NCBI GenBank assembly: GCA_963777505.1
Contig: CAVZQN010000004.1
Location: 1,696,001 to 1,760,000, forward strand
DNA: 64,000 nt
Source of the DNA: an uncultured bacterium
GTDB lineage: Bacteria; Acidobacteriota; HRBIN11; JAKEFK01
Direction of reading: 5' to 3'
A model generated the notes under the pieces. It was not told where the DNA came from. It saw only the letters and a list, made by a program, of their open reading frames with translations, and searched no databases. Shown piece by piece: positions 10,271 through 21,333 of the stretch (positions are counted from its first letter, which is position 1; each line of letters opens with the position of its first letter). The position numbers and the translations under genes were made by a program.

Positions 10271-11884
10271 ATGTACAAGCTGGTCTACAAGGAGGGGGAT
10301 AAAACCAATTCCTATTCTGTTGAGAAAAGCGACGTATCGATTGGGCGTGCTTCTGATAACGACATCATCATCAACGACTTTGGTGTTTCCCGGCACCATG
10401 CGCGCATCACTCTCAGCAAAGCAGAGAACTACATTGTTGATTTGAATTCACGCAACGGTACACGAGTGAATAATGTCCTTGTTACTCGTGGCAGTTTGCA
10501 AGACGGTGATGAAATCAATCTTGGAAAATTCTCGCTCCGGTTCACAAGCTCAACAGACGATCGAGTTCTTCTGGAAGAAACGGGCGATAATCTTTTAAGT
10601 CCCGGGACTTTTATTAAGCCGATCAGTGAAATTCAAAAAATGATTCCGGATGTGCTTCCGGAAAGTACACAGCCTGCCGCAATAAGCCAAATTCAAAAAA
10701 ACAATCAGATTCTTGGAGTTCTGATCCGCGTCGCAAAATCTTTGCTGACAGTTCAGCCTTTGAATGAAGTTTTGAATCTTGTAATGGAATTAATCTTTGA
10801 ACACTTAAGCGCAGAACGTGGTTTTCTGATGCTTTACGATGAACATTCAGGAGATTTGATTCCAAAAGTTGTGAAGTATCGCGATCCACAAGCGGATTCC
10901 GGAAGAATTACGATCAGCAAAACGATTACAAATAAAGTTTTTTCTGACAAAGTTGCAATCTTAACTTCAGATGCCCTTTTCGATCCTCGTTTTGATGGTG
11001 GTGCCAGCATCATTTTTCACAATATCCGTTCGGCTATGTGTGCGCCTCTATGGAATAAAGATGATGTCATCGGCGTTGTTTTTATTGATTCAACAACAAA
11101 AACAAGCACATTCAATCCAGGTGATCTTGATCTGTTAACAGCGCTTGCGAATTATGCGGCCATTGGAATCGAACAAGCAAGATTAAATGAAAAAATCAAA
11201 GAGGAAGTAAAACGTCGCAGTCAGCTAGAACGTTACCACTCGCCTTCAGTGATAAGCCGAATGATGAATTCAGCGGAAACGGATATTGATGCGCAGGAAG
11301 TAGAAGCCTCAATCCTTTTTTCGGACATTGTTGGTTTTACTGGAATGTCGGAAAGAATGGAACCACATCGTGTCGGTTTATTGCTGAATGAATACTTTGG
11401 TGAAATGACTGATGTAATTTTTCATTATGAAGGAACACTCGATAAATTCATCGGTGATGCAATTATGGCTGTGTTTGGTGCGCCGCTTCCAATGGAAGAT
11501 CACGCGGTTCGTGCAGTCAAGGCTTCTTTAGACATGCGTGAAAAATTAAAGGAATTTAATAAAGAAAACTTTGCGCAGCAACACATTGAAATACGGATTG
11601 GAATCAATAGCGGTCGTGTAGTTGCCGGAGATATCGGGTCACCGAAACGTATCGAATACACAGTGCTGGGGAATACTGTTAACATTGCTCAACGACTTGA
11701 AGCAGGTGTAGCAAAGCCGGGCCAGATTGTGATTGGCGCAAATACTTACGAACTAGTAAAAGATCATTTTGAAACACGAGAGCTTGGAGCATTCAGTCTG
11801 AAAGGACTGGAACAAATGACAAACGTTTACGAAGTGATTGCTGAAAAATCAAAAGACAAAGATTCTGAAGAGAAACAAGCCTAA
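10271..11884 (+). CDS. FHA-GAF-class III adenylate cyclase
   Basis: FHA (IGRASDN, VSRHHA, SRNGT), GAF (SAMCAPL), cyclase (FSDIVGFT, DKFIGDAIMA, YTVLGNTVNIAQRLE). Confidence 0.9.
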   Translation: MYKLVYKEGDKTNSYSVEKSDVSIGRASDNDIIINDFGVSRHHARITLSKAENYIVDLNSRNGTRVNNVLVTRGSLQDGDEINLGKFSLRFTSSTDDRVLLEETGDNLLSPGTFIKPISEIQKMIPDVLPESTQPAAISQIQKNNQILGVLIRVAKSLLTVQPLNEVLNLVMELIFEHLSAERGFLMLYDEHSGDLIPKVVKYRDPQADSGRITISKTITNKVFSDKVAILTSDALFDPRFDGGASIIFHNIRSAMCAPLWNKDDVIGVVFIDSTTKTSTFNPGDLDLLTALANYAAIGIEQARLNEKIKEEVKRRSQLERYHSPSVISRMMNSAETDIDAQEVEASILFSDIVGFTGMSERMEPHRVGLLLNEYFGEMTDVIFHYEGTLDKFIGDAIMAVFGAPLPMEDHAVRAVKASLDMREKLKEFNKENFAQQHIEIRIGINSGRVVAGDIGSPKRIEYTVLGNTVNIAQRLEAGVAKPGQIVIGANTYELVKDHFETRELGAFSLKGLEQMTNVYEVIAEKSKDKDSEEKQA

Positions 11885-11889
11885 AATCG

Positions 11890-13629
11890 ATGGCGATTTT
11901 TACTGAACGTAAAATCAAGAACAGCATTCTTGTTACTCTTACACTTCTGTTCCTTGCAATCGGAGTGATCCCTCTTTTTGTAAGTTCCTGGATACTAATC
12001 ACCAATAATAGAGAACGTCTTCAGACCAATCTTCAAGAAAGTTTTGTTACGATTGCCGCAAGTGTTTCAACTCGAATTTCATCCTATATAGAAAACTACC
12101 GCTATCAAATTCGTGAATTGATTCCCCGTGCAGGGACCTTCGTTCGAAATCTGGATGCGCCTTCAGTGCGATCAGAACTTCCTACCTTCCTAAAAGATCT
12201 CAACATGTTGAAGGCAACTATTTATCTTCCATCTGGCAGAGGTCCGGCTGCGAAACGGCCTGAATTCGATGATGGAAGCGTCAGAATTGAAGAAGAGAAA
12301 GCATTTAACAATGCAATTCAGGGTAAATCGTACATCGGCGGACCTTTTTTCATTTCTGAGCAAGACCGAACTGTACTTTTGGTTGCGGAGCCTTTGACAG
12401 ATTCGACTGGCAATATGATCGGAGTTTTGTGCGTCATCGTTAGCGCCGATCCATTAATGCAAATTATTGCTGATGAAAGCGTCGGTGGAATCAGTGTGTA
12501 TGTTGTAGATCCAAACGGCAGACTTGTCCTCCATCCAAAGAAAACTGAAATGCAGCAAAGGCGGGATCTATCAAAGACAGCAATCGTTAGCGATTTTATT
12601 CGTACGCGTGGACGCGTTTCAACAGTCCGTTTGTATGAGGAGAAACAAGGGGGCAAAACGACAGAAGTTCTTGGATCAAACTGGGCAGTGGAAGATGTAG
12701 GTTGGGGAGTGATGGTACAGATTGAGCGGGACATCGCTTTTGAGTCTGTAAATGACATGATCCGCCAATCCGTAGCCTGGGGTTTTTTGTTCGCCCTTGT
12801 TGCTGCAGTTGTGGGTTTTCTTTTCGCGCGATGGATCACACGTCCGGTTCAACAACTTGCTCAACATGCATTGGATGTTGGACGCAATCAAAATTTCGAT
12901 AAAAAGATCGAGATAAAAGCAAGTAACGAAATTCAACAGCTGGCAGACACTTTCAATTACATGACCGATGAAGTTAAACAAAACATTCAGGGTCTTCAGG
13001 CTGCCGCGCGTGAGAACAAAGAGCTGTTCATGAGCTCAATTCGTATGCTTGCTGCCGCAATTGATGCGAAAGACCCATACACTCGCGGTCATTCAGAACG
13101 TGTGAAAGATTACAGCCTTGTGATTGGAAGGGCACTTGGTTTTAGCGCGGCAGAATTGGAACGGCTTGAGATTGGCGCACTTTTACACGATGTAGGAAAA
13201 ATCGGAATTGATGACAGGATTTTACGAAAACCTACAAACCTCACTCCGGATGAATTTGAAGTAATGAAAACCCATCCAGATAAAGGCGCAGCCATTCTTT
13301 CACAAATTGAGCAGCTTCGTGACATCATTCCTGGAATGCGCGCTCATCATGAGAATTTCGACGGAAGTGGCTATCCTAAAGGATTGAAGGGTGAAGACAT
13401 TCCCTTGTTAGGCCGTGTGATGACTGTGGCTGATACATTTGATGCGATGACCACAGATCGTCCGTATCAAAAAGCATTTACACTGGATTTTGCTTTGAAC
13501 CGTATTCGCACTCTGGCCGGTGTGAAATACGATCCAAAAATTGTAGATGCGTTTGGAAGAGCCTGTGAAGAAGGGAAAGTTGTTTTGCATAAGCCATCAC
13601 GTCCGCGCCCACGTCAGCCCGTCGCTTAA
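11890..13629 (+). CDS. Cache-HAMP-HD-GYP cyclic dinucleotide phosphodiesterase
   Basis: Two TM helices flanking a periplasmic Cache-like region; HAMP; HSERV, LLHDVGK, HHENFDGSGYP. Confidence 0.9.
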   Translation: MAIFTERKIKNSILVTLTLLFLAIGVIPLFVSSWILITNNRERLQTNLQESFVTIAASVSTRISSYIENYRYQIRELIPRAGTFVRNLDAPSVRSELPTFLKDLNMLKATIYLPSGRGPAAKRPEFDDGSVRIEEEKAFNNAIQGKSYIGGPFFISEQDRTVLLVAEPLTDSTGNMIGVLCVIVSADPLMQIIADESVGGISVYVVDPNGRLVLHPKKTEMQQRRDLSKTAIVSDFIRTRGRVSTVRLYEEKQGGKTTEVLGSNWAVEDVGWGVMVQIERDIAFESVNDMIRQSVAWGFLFALVAAVVGFLFARWITRPVQQLAQHALDVGRNQNFDKKIEIKASNEIQQLADTFNYMTDEVKQNIQGLQAAARENKELFMSSIRMLAAAIDAKDPYTRGHSERVKDYSLVIGRALGFSAAELERLEIGALLHDVGKIGIDDRILRKPTNLTPDEFEVMKTHPDKGAAILSQIEQLRDIIPGMRAHHENFDGSGYPKGLKGEDIPLLGRVMTVADTFDAMTTDRPYQKAFTLDFALNRIRTLAGVKYDPKIVDAFGRACEEGKVVLHKPSRPRPRQPVA

Positions 13630-13689
13630 AGCAAACCGCAAAGACACAGAGATCAAAAAATACGTGCAGTCATGTTATACTTTTGTGCG

Positions 13690-14472
13690 ATGAAACGAGC
13701 CGTAATACTTTTTTTGGTCGTTCCGTTGATTTTCCTGGCCTGCAGTGGAAAAAATCAAGCCGGCAAGCCACCTAAGACTCCCGACAATCCTTATGCAGAG
13801 CTGAAGCAAGCCGATCAATTGCTTGTTCACAAACGATGCGCGGAAGCGGTCGTTGCTTATTCAAATTTTGTTAAGAAATATCCAAAAGATGCTGGTGGAT
13901 GGAATTCTCTCGGTATTTCTCATTTATGCGAATCGCAACCTCAAGAAGCTGTAGTAGCTTTAAAACAGGCAATCGTACTTCAGCCAGCGTTTTCGGATGT
14001 GCATAACAATCTTGGGATTGCATACATTGAACTAAAGGACTATCCGTCGGCGCGGCAGCATTTTTTCAAAGCACTGGAAGATCCACAATATGGCAAGGCT
14101 GGTCCTTATTACAATCTTGCAAAGCTCACGTATTTGGAAGGAAATTACGAAGAATCGAGAGCCCTTGCGAAAAAGACGCTGGATATCACACCGAAAGAGA
14201 AAAACCATGGTCCACGTTTGCTGTATGCATTTTCGCTTGAAATGCTGGGTAGATATGACGAAGCTACTCTGCAATTCAAAGAAGTGTTGAAAACGGCGCC
14301 GGATAACGTTGAAGCTTGTTATCATCTCGCTTCCGTTTTGAAGCGTCAAAATCAACCTTGTGAAGCTCGCGAATATTATCGCAGAGTTATCGATGCTGAT
14401 CCTCTGGGTGATCTTGGACAAAAATCGATTGCTGAAGTGAAAGCGCTGCACTGTCCGAAATCTACGAATTAA
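13690..14472 (+). CDS. TPR lipoprotein (PilF/PilW-like)
   Basis: Lipobox FLAC; TPRs (WNSLG, HNNLG, YYNLA); KALEDPQY motif. Confidence 0.75.
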   Translation: MKRAVILFLVVPLIFLACSGKNQAGKPPKTPDNPYAELKQADQLLVHKRCAEAVVAYSNFVKKYPKDAGGWNSLGISHLCESQPQEAVVALKQAIVLQPAFSDVHNNLGIAYIELKDYPSARQHFFKALEDPQYGKAGPYYNLAKLTYLEGNYEESRALAKKTLDITPKEKNHGPRLLYAFSLEMLGRYDEATLQFKEVLKTAPDNVEACYHLASVLKRQNQPCEAREYYRRVIDADPLGDLGQKSIAEVKALHCPKSTN

Positions 14473-14482
14473 CCTCTCACAA

Positions 14483-14824
14483 ATGCCTTTTCAGGCCTTA
14501 CTCGACCGAATGATGAACGTAAAAGGAGTTGAGGCCGTTGCATTTCTGGATCAAGAAGGGGAAGCCATTTTGACTCGAAGCAATGTCGATGGCGATCATC
14601 TAAAGATCCTGGGAGCTTATCAGGGAATTGTCATGTCCACGATTGTGAATGTGGGTCTAACAGAGACACGGACTCTGATTACGTCTTATACTCACCGTTC
14701 AGTGTTGACCCATCGTTTAAAAGATGGTTATTTTATCTGCGCTCTTCTTTCGAAAGATTTACCTTATGCTCAAGCGCAATTTGCGTTTGCAGAAATTTAT
14801 AACCTTATTGAAAATGAACTGTAA
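14483..14824 (+). CDS. Roadblock/LC7 (MglB-like) protein
   Basis: 113 aa; VKGVEAVAFLDQEGEAI pattern. Confidence 0.65.
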   Translation: MPFQALLDRMMNVKGVEAVAFLDQEGEAILTRSNVDGDHLKILGAYQGIVMSTIVNVGLTETRTLITSYTHRSVLTHRLKDGYFICALLSKDLPYAQAQFAFAEIYNLIENEL

Positions 14825-14851
14825 TTAACCACAAAGGCACAAAGAAAAGCG

Positions 14852-15790
14852 ATGTTTGAATTTATTACTGAAGAAAAAACATTTTTACAGAAACTAAAAA
14901 GCGGTTTGAAAAAGACCAAGGAAGGCCTTGGTAGTCAAATTGACAACATGATGAAAGCTGGACGCGAAATTGATGACGAAATTCTTTCGAGTCTTGAAGA
15001 AGCATTGTTACAATCCGATATCGGAGTTGGACTTACGATGCACCTTATGGATCTTGTCAATGAACGGATCCGCAGCAATCAATTGTCCGATGCAGCAGCC
15101 GTCAAGAAGTTAATTCATGACGAACTGATGTCAATTTTTAAGAATACGGATCCATGGTGGGAGAAAAAGTATCCGAAGCCTGCGGTGTTTTTGATTATTG
15201 GAGTCAATGGAGTTGGTAAAACCACTACGATCGCGAAACTTGCGCATGAATATAAGAAGCAAAATAAGAAGCTTTTGATTGCAGCCGCTGACACATTTCG
15301 GGCTGCTGCAGTTGAACAACTTCAAATCTGGGCCGACAGAATCGGTGTGGAATTATTAAAACAAAACCAGGGAAGTGATCCTGCAGCGGTTGTTTTTGAT
15401 GCACTTTCAGCTGCAAAAGCACAAAACAAAGATCTAGTTTTAATTGATACTGCTGGACGTCTTCATACCAAGTCCAATTTGATGCAGGAGCTTGCGAAGA
15501 TGCGAAAGATTGCACAACGCGAAGTTGCAGGAGCACCACACGAAAGCTGGCTTGTTCTGGATGCGACTGTTGGACAGAATGGGATTGTACAGGCGCGCGA
15601 ATTTATGAACATTACCCCGATTACTGGAATTATTCTTACCAAAATAGATGGCACCGCAAGGGGCGGAATCGTTGTCAGCATCGCGAAAGAATTGGGTGTA
15701 CCGATCAAATTTCTCGGTGTGGGTGAAGGTTTGGATGACCTGATCCCATTCGACCCCCCCAAATTCATCAACGCTTTGCTGGAATCCTAG
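14852..15790 (+). CDS. ftsY: Signal recognition particle receptor FtsY (NG domain only)
   Basis: GVNGVGKTTT, DTFRAAA, DTAGR, TKIDGTARGG. Confidence 0.96.
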   Translation: MFEFITEEKTFLQKLKSGLKKTKEGLGSQIDNMMKAGREIDDEILSSLEEALLQSDIGVGLTMHLMDLVNERIRSNQLSDAAAVKKLIHDELMSIFKNTDPWWEKKYPKPAVFLIIGVNGVGKTTTIAKLAHEYKKQNKKLLIAAADTFRAAAVEQLQIWADRIGVELLKQNQGSDPAAVVFDALSAAKAQNKDLVLIDTAGRLHTKSNLMQELAKMRKIAQREVAGAPHESWLVLDATVGQNGIVQAREFMNITPITGIILTKIDGTARGGIVVSIAKELGVPIKFLGVGEGLDDLIPFDPPKFINALLES

Positions 15791-15821
15791 TTCTTTGCGT
15801 CTTTGCGGTTAAAATAAAAAC

Positions 15822-16892
15822 ATGGATCATTACTACCTGAATTTGGCTTATCACCTCGCGCTTCAAAATGCAGGGAAGACTTCGCCTAATCCATCTGTTG
15901 GAGCCGTAATTGTAAAAGATGGTCAGGTTGTTGGCACTGCATTCCACCCTGCTGCAGGCGAATCGCATGCAGAAGTTCTCGCGCTTCAACAAGCGGGTTC
16001 GGCCGCAAAAGATGCGACCTTATATTCAAGCTTGGAACCTTGTGCACATGAAGGCAAAACACCGCCCTGTGTGAATTCAATTCGAAATTCAGGAATCAAA
16101 CGCGTCGTTTTTGGCGCAGTGGATCAAAATCCTTTGGTCAATGGAAAAGGCGTTGAAGCCTTGAAGTCCTTCGGAATTCAAGTCGATCAGCTTGAAATGA
16201 AACCGATTGAAAGTTTTTACGACCCTTATTTCCATACTATTCGAACAGGCCGTCCATACATGATTGCGAAAGTAGGCGCTACTGCAAACGGAATCATTTC
16301 GCCGGCTGATCGCAACTCAAGATGGATCACAAATGAAACCAGTTTGGCATGGGTTCATCAACTGCGTGCACAATGTGATGCGATATTAGTTGGGGCTGAT
16401 ACAGTTCTGTTGGATCGTCCGCATCTGACCGTTCGAGCTTCTGCTATCGCTCCACGCAAACCAATCCGGATTGTTCTTGATTCCAGATTGAAACTTTCTC
16501 CTGAAGAATGTTCTCTTGTAGAAAATGACGCGCCGATCATTATTTGTACTTCAGAATCAGCATCAAAAGACCGTGAGAATCTATGGCAACAGTACAAGAA
16601 TGTTCAGGTTCTAAGATTTCAGGGTATTTCAACGCTGCTGCCCGCCTTGCTCAAGCGTGGTATACGTAAGATCCTGGTTGAAGGTGGACAGAAGATATTC
16701 ACTCTATTTCACACCGCCAATGTGATCGATGAATACGTATTAATGATCGCACCACGTCTTTTGACGGGAAAACATTTCTTGAACCTTTTAGGCGGACCGG
16801 AACAATCTCTTTCGGAAGCGCAACGATATCGAGTAGACCCTCCGCAAGAATTAGATGGAGATGTGATTCTCCGTTTGCGAAAGCCTCGCTGA
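15822..16892 (+). CDS. ribD: Riboflavin biosynthesis deaminase/reductase
   Basis: TSPNPSVG, HAE, LEPCAHEGKTPPC, ILVEGG. Confidence 0.95.
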   Translation: MDHYYLNLAYHLALQNAGKTSPNPSVGAVIVKDGQVVGTAFHPAAGESHAEVLALQQAGSAAKDATLYSSLEPCAHEGKTPPCVNSIRNSGIKRVVFGAVDQNPLVNGKGVEALKSFGIQVDQLEMKPIESFYDPYFHTIRTGRPYMIAKVGATANGIISPADRNSRWITNETSLAWVHQLRAQCDAILVGADTVLLDRPHLTVRASAIAPRKPIRIVLDSRLKLSPEECSLVENDAPIIICTSESASKDRENLWQQYKNVQVLRFQGISTLLPALLKRGIRKILVEGGQKIFTLFHTANVIDEYVLMIAPRLLTGKHFLNLLGGPEQSLSEAQRYRVDPPQELDGDVILRLRKPR

Positions 16893-16902
16893 GTTAGCAA
16901 TC

Positions 16903-17523
16903 ATGTTTAACGGAATAATCGAAACGACTGGCAAAATAGTCTTCATTGAAAATTCCAGGAGCAAATCAACGCGTTTCGTTATTGATGCCGGTCAGATTGC
17001 GAAACAATTGAACCCTGGTGACAGCTTAGCCGTAGATGGCGTTTGTCTAACGGTTACACAGCGAAGTGGCAGGAAAGTCACCGTTGATATTTCGCCTGAG
17101 ACTCTAAAGCGAACAAACTTTAGAACACGCTCTGATGGGATGCGTGTAAATCTTGAGATGCCAATTACAGTAAGCACTTTTATCAGCGGTCATTTCGTTC
17201 AAGGGCATGTAGAGGGCTTGGGACGTACAGTTAAATGGAAACGGAAGGGAAGCGATGTCAGGCTCCGAGTTGAATTGCCGGCAGATTTGATTTCATACTG
17301 TGTACCCAAAGGTTCTATTACCTTAAATGGAGTCAGTCTCACAATAGCTAAACTGAAGAAAAATACCGTCGAAATCGCACTCATCCCCTACACGATACAG
17401 CATACGAATCTCGGCGATCTCCAAGAGGGAGATCCCGTCAACGTTGAGACGGATATGATCGGCCGGTATGTTGTCAGCGTCGTGAAAAACACCTATGATA
17501 AAGAAAGATTTAAGAAGCGATAA
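16903..17523 (+). CDS. ribE: Riboflavin synthase alpha chain
   Basis: [25 protein letters not shown]. Confidence 0.95.
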   Translation: MFNGIIETTGKIVFIENSRSKSTRFVIDAGQIAKQLNPGDSLAVDGVCLTVTQRSGRKVTVDISPETLKRTNFRTRSDGMRVNLEMPITVSTFISGHFVQGHVEGLGRTVKWKRKGSDVRLRVELPADLISYCVPKGSITLNGVSLTIAKLKKNTVEIALIPYTIQHTNLGDLQEGDPVNVETDMIGRYVVSVVKNTYDKERFKKR

Positions 17524-17557
17524 AATACTACCGCTATTCGTGTAGCCGGGGGCAGAA

Positions 17558-18796
17558 TTGGCGACCAAAAAAAAGAGTACACATTTGCCATTTATTAGCA
17601 TTCCTGAAGCGCTTGATGAAATCCGCAAAGGGCAGATGATTGTCGTTGTTGATGATGAGGATCGTGAAAATGAAGGCGATCTAACTATCGCAGCCGAAAA
17701 AGTCACACCTGAAGCGATCAACTTTATGGCTCGTTATGGCCGTGGTTTGATTTGTCTTGCTTTGACTGGCGAACGTTTGGATGAACTTCAAATTCCACTT
17801 CAAGTCAATGAAAATACGGCGAAATATGAAACTGCTTTTTGCGTATCGATCGAAGCTAGAAGAAATGTTACGACTGGAATTTCTGCGTATGATCGAGCGA
17901 CGACCATTCATACTGCAATCGATCCTGAAACGCGTCCCGCCGATCTAGCACGTCCCGGCCATGTATTTCCACTCCGGGCCAGGAAAGGTGGTGTCATGCG
18001 CCGTGCCGGTCAAACGGAAGCTGCAGTTGATCTAGCACAACTGGCAGGCTTGTCTCCTGCAGGTGTTATTTGTGAAGTCATGAATGATGATGGAACGATG
18101 GCGCGAATTCCTCAGCTAACAAAGTTTTGCAAAAAGCATCGGATCAGGATGATCACCATCGCAGATTTAATTCAATACCGGATGTTACATGAAAGTCTTG
18201 TTCGTAAAGTTGCAGATACGAGGCTTCCAACTCGTTTCGGTGAGTTCCAGGTAAAAGCTTATGAAAGCGTTTTGGATGATGCAGTGCATATTGCTGTTGT
18301 TGCTGGTGAAGTCAAAGCGTCGGATTCAGTTCTCGTTCGCGTTCATTCTCAATGTTTAACCGGCGATATCTTTCATTCCTGGCGATGCGATTGTGGGCAG
18401 CAGCTCGAACGTGCTCTCGAATTAATCCAACAAGAAGGTAAAGGTGTTTTGTTATATCTGCATGGAGACAGGTTTGAAGGTCGTGGAATTGGGCTTCTGA
18501 ACAAATTAAAAGCATATGAATTACAGGATCGCGGTGAAGATACAGTTGAGGCCAATGAAAAGCTCGGCTTTAAAGCAGATCAACGTGATTATGGGATTGG
18601 AGCTCAAATCCTTCGAGCTCTTGGCGTCCAAAAAATGAGGTTAATGACAAACAATCCGTCAAAATATGTCGGACTCAAAGGATATGGCTTAGAGATTGTT
18701 GAACGTGTTCCACTTGAAATTGCGCCGACTGGTACGAATTTGAAATATCTCCGGACAAAAAAAGAAAAGATGGGGCATTTATTATCCGGAGTTTAG
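17558..18796 (+). CDS. ribBA: Bifunctional DHBP synthase / GTP cyclohydrolase II
   Basis: [40 protein letters not shown]. Confidence 0.96.
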   Translation: MATKKKSTHLPFISIPEALDEIRKGQMIVVVDDEDRENEGDLTIAAEKVTPEAINFMARYGRGLICLALTGERLDELQIPLQVNENTAKYETAFCVSIEARRNVTTGISAYDRATTIHTAIDPETRPADLARPGHVFPLRARKGGVMRRAGQTEAAVDLAQLAGLSPAGVICEVMNDDGTMARIPQLTKFCKKHRIRMITIADLIQYRMLHESLVRKVADTRLPTRFGEFQVKAYESVLDDAVHIAVVAGEVKASDSVLVRVHSQCLTGDIFHSWRCDCGQQLERALELIQQEGKGVLLYLHGDRFEGRGIGLLNKLKAYELQDRGEDTVEANEKLGFKADQRDYGIGAQILRALGVQKMRLMTNNPSKYVGLKGYGLEIVERVPLEIAPTGTNLKYLRTKKEKMGHLLSGV

Positions 18797-18797
18797 G

Positions 18798-19274
18798 ATG
18801 ACGGAAATAAACAATCAAGACTTTTTGCGGAAAATTAATCTATTCCAACCGCTTGAAGATTATGAACTTGTAGAAATTCTCGGGGTCTGTGTCACAAAAA
18901 ATTATCCGGCTGGTAGTCAGATTTTCGCAGATGGTGATCCTGCTTCCCGTTTTTATATTATTCGCGAAGGTGAAGTTCGTATTTCTAAAATTATCCCTGG
19001 TATCGGAGAAGAGGCTCTTGCTTTATTGCGGCCCGGGCATTTTTTCGGCGAAATGGCTCTCGTAGATGAAAACCAGAGATCGGCATTTGCATTCGCCAAT
19101 ACCGATTCCGTATTGATGGAAATTCCGATTCCTGAATTAACCGACATTTTGAAAGGAAATCCGAATCTAGCAAGCAAATTTCTATGGGAATTTTGCCGTA
19201 TTCTAACGTCACGTCTTCGCGCAACAAACGAGAGATTTTATGGCTTGTTCGCGATGTCATCCTTCTTTAAATGA
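18798..19274 (+). CDS. Stand-alone cyclic nucleotide-binding domain protein
   Basis: IFADGD, FYIIREGEV, FFGEMAL..RSA; no HTH. Confidence 0.85.
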   Translation: MTEINNQDFLRKINLFQPLEDYELVEILGVCVTKNYPAGSQIFADGDPASRFYIIREGEVRISKIIPGIGEEALALLRPGHFFGEMALVDENQRSAFAFANTDSVLMEIPIPELTDILKGNPNLASKFLWEFCRILTSRLRATNERFYGLFAMSSFFK

Positions 19275-19308
19275 GATGCCTGTATCTCGCATCTTGCATC
19301 AGTAAATT

Positions 19309-20634
19309 ATGTTTGATCAACTCAGTGAAAAACTTCAAAGAACTCTAAAAAATCTTCGGGGAGAAGGAAAGCTAACTCCCAAGCATATTGAAGAGGGAAT
19401 GCGTGAAATCCGTATTGCTCTTCTTGAAGCAGATGTCAATTTCAAAGTTGTAAAAAACTTTATTGAGTCTGTACAGGCAAAATGTCTGAATCAGGAAGTC
19501 CTGGATTCATTAACTCCTGGACAACAGGTTGTAAAAATCGTCCGCGATGAATTGATTCACCTCCTGGGTGATAGCAATTCGAGTCTGATGTTCAGCGAGC
19601 CGCCAACAGTTTTCATGCTTGTCGGTTTGCAGGGTTCAGGAAAAACCACCACTGCAGGTAAGCTTGCGCTTTGGCTGCGTAAGCAAGGACGTGCTCCCTA
19701 TTTAGTATCTACAGATGTTTATCGTCCCGCGGCAATGGACCAGCTTGCGGTTCTGGCGAAACAATCTCAAATTCCTTTTTATCCTGCTACGCCTGATCAG
19801 GATCCTGTGGATATTGCGAAAAAAGCACTCTATGAAGCGAAGAACACCGGCTATTCAGTATTGATTGTTGATACAGCCGGCCGTCTGCATCTTGATGATG
19901 AATTGATGAAAGAACTTCAGCGAATGAAGGAAGCAGTCGTACCGAAGGAAATTTTATTTATTGCTGATGCAATGACTGGACAGGACGCTGTAAAGAGTGG
20001 AGACGCTTTCAACAAAGCGCTTGATGTAACCGGTTTGATTCTTACAAAGATGGACGGAGATGCAAAAGGGGGCGCCGCTCTTTCAATCCGTATGGTTACT
20101 CAAAAGCCGATCAAAATGGTCGGTACCGGTGAAAAGGTTGGCGAGTTCGAAATTTTTTATCCGGACCGCCTCGCTTCACGCATTCTTGGAATGGGCGATA
20201 TCCTCTCGTTGATTGAAAAAGCCGAAGAATCATTTGACCGAAAGAAAGCCGAGAAACTTGAACGAAAGCTGAGAAAAGAAGCATTCACTCTGGAAGACTT
20301 TCGTGATCAGCTTTTACAAATCAAAAAAATGGGACCACTTTCTCAGATCATCGGTATGCTTCCAGGGATGAATTCAAGCATGATGAAAAACATGAACATG
20401 GATGAAAAGGCCCTTGTAAGAATCGAAGCAATTATCAATTCAATGACTCCTGGCGAGCGCGCAAACCACAGTCTGATTAATGGCAGCCGCAGAAAACGGA
20501 TCGCTAAAGGAAGCGGCACAAGTGTTGAAGAAGTAAATCGGCTTCTGAAACAGTTTGTTCAAGCGCAGAAATTGATTAAGCAAGTTGCAAACATGGATCC
20601 TAAGAAAATGCGCTTCCCGTTTCCGCCGCGTTAG
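19309..20634 (+). CDS. ffh: Signal recognition particle protein Ffh
   Basis: GLQGSGKTT, DVYRPAA, DTAGR, M-domain SRRKRIAKGSG. Confidence 0.97.
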   Translation: MFDQLSEKLQRTLKNLRGEGKLTPKHIEEGMREIRIALLEADVNFKVVKNFIESVQAKCLNQEVLDSLTPGQQVVKIVRDELIHLLGDSNSSLMFSEPPTVFMLVGLQGSGKTTTAGKLALWLRKQGRAPYLVSTDVYRPAAMDQLAVLAKQSQIPFYPATPDQDPVDIAKKALYEAKNTGYSVLIVDTAGRLHLDDELMKELQRMKEAVVPKEILFIADAMTGQDAVKSGDAFNKALDVTGLILTKMDGDAKGGAALSIRMVTQKPIKMVGTGEKVGEFEIFYPDRLASRILGMGDILSLIEKAEESFDRKKAEKLERKLRKEAFTLEDFRDQLLQIKKMGPLSQIIGMLPGMNSSMMKNMNMDEKALVRIEAIINSMTPGERANHSLINGSRRKRIAKGSGTSVEEVNRLLKQFVQAQKLIKQVANMDPKKMRFPFPPR

Positions 20635-20689
20635 TAGGGGCCGGTCTTGTGCCGGCCCGTGATTGGGCCGCCACAAGGGCGGCCCCTAC
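20634..20689. repeat. GTAG-type REP doublet, family A
   Basis: First half identical to 7856-7880; inverted second half. Confidence 0.85.
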
Positions 20690-20691
20690 TA

Positions 20692-21333
20692 ATGAAATAT
20701 AAAGCTCTCATCTTCGACCTTGATGGAACTCTTGTCGATTCATATCCAGCCATTCATGAAAGTTTGAATCATACTCTTACTTCTTTTGGCATGCCTCCAG
20801 TGGATCTTCCCACAGTCAAAAAAATGGTTGGGCGAGGCCTTGAAAATCTAATCCGTGATGCAATCGGGCAGGAGCATCTTAAAGAAGGTATTGAATCCTT
20901 CAAACGCAGTTATGATGAGACTCATTTGAGCGGGACTTTGTTGCTTCCACAGGTAAAAGAGACTCTTCAACGCTTGAATGATTCGGGATTGAGCATGGCT
21001 GTTGCAAGCAATAAGCCTTCCGGTTATAGCAAAAATATTCTTCGTCACTTTGAGATCGATCAATACTTTGCTGCATGTTATGGTCCTGATATTGTTCAGT
21101 TCATTAAACCGCATCCAGCAATGCTTCAGGGTTTGATGACGCTTCTGAATGTTGCACCTCATGAGACTCTGTACGTCGGAGACATGACTCTGGATCTGGA
21201 AACTGCCCAAAATGCAGATGTGAAGGCCGCATTGATTCCTACCGGCGGGAATAGTGTTGATGAGTTAAAGGCTATTCGTCCCGATTACTTATTGAAAGAC
21301 TTTTCAGAACTGTTTAGTTTGTGTTTTCCGTGA
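20692..21333 (+). CDS. HAD-family hydrolase (phosphoglycolate phosphatase-like)
   Basis: FDLDGTLVDS, SNK, KPHP, YVGD; start moved past the REP. Confidence 0.88.
   Translation: MKYKALIFDLDGTLVDSYPAIHESLNHTLTSFGMPPVDLPTVKKMVGRGLENLIRDAIGQEHLKEGIESFKRSYDETHLSGTLLLPQVKETLQRLNDSGLSMAVASNKPSGYSKNILRHFEIDQYFAACYGPDIVQFIKPHPAMLQGLMTLLNVAPHETLYVGDMTLDLETAQNADVKAALIPTGGNSVDELKAIRPDYLLKDFSELFSLCFP

Noticed and set aside
15791-15821. FMN riboswitch before ribD
   Set aside because: The gap is only 31 nt and is occupied by the dispersed repeat.
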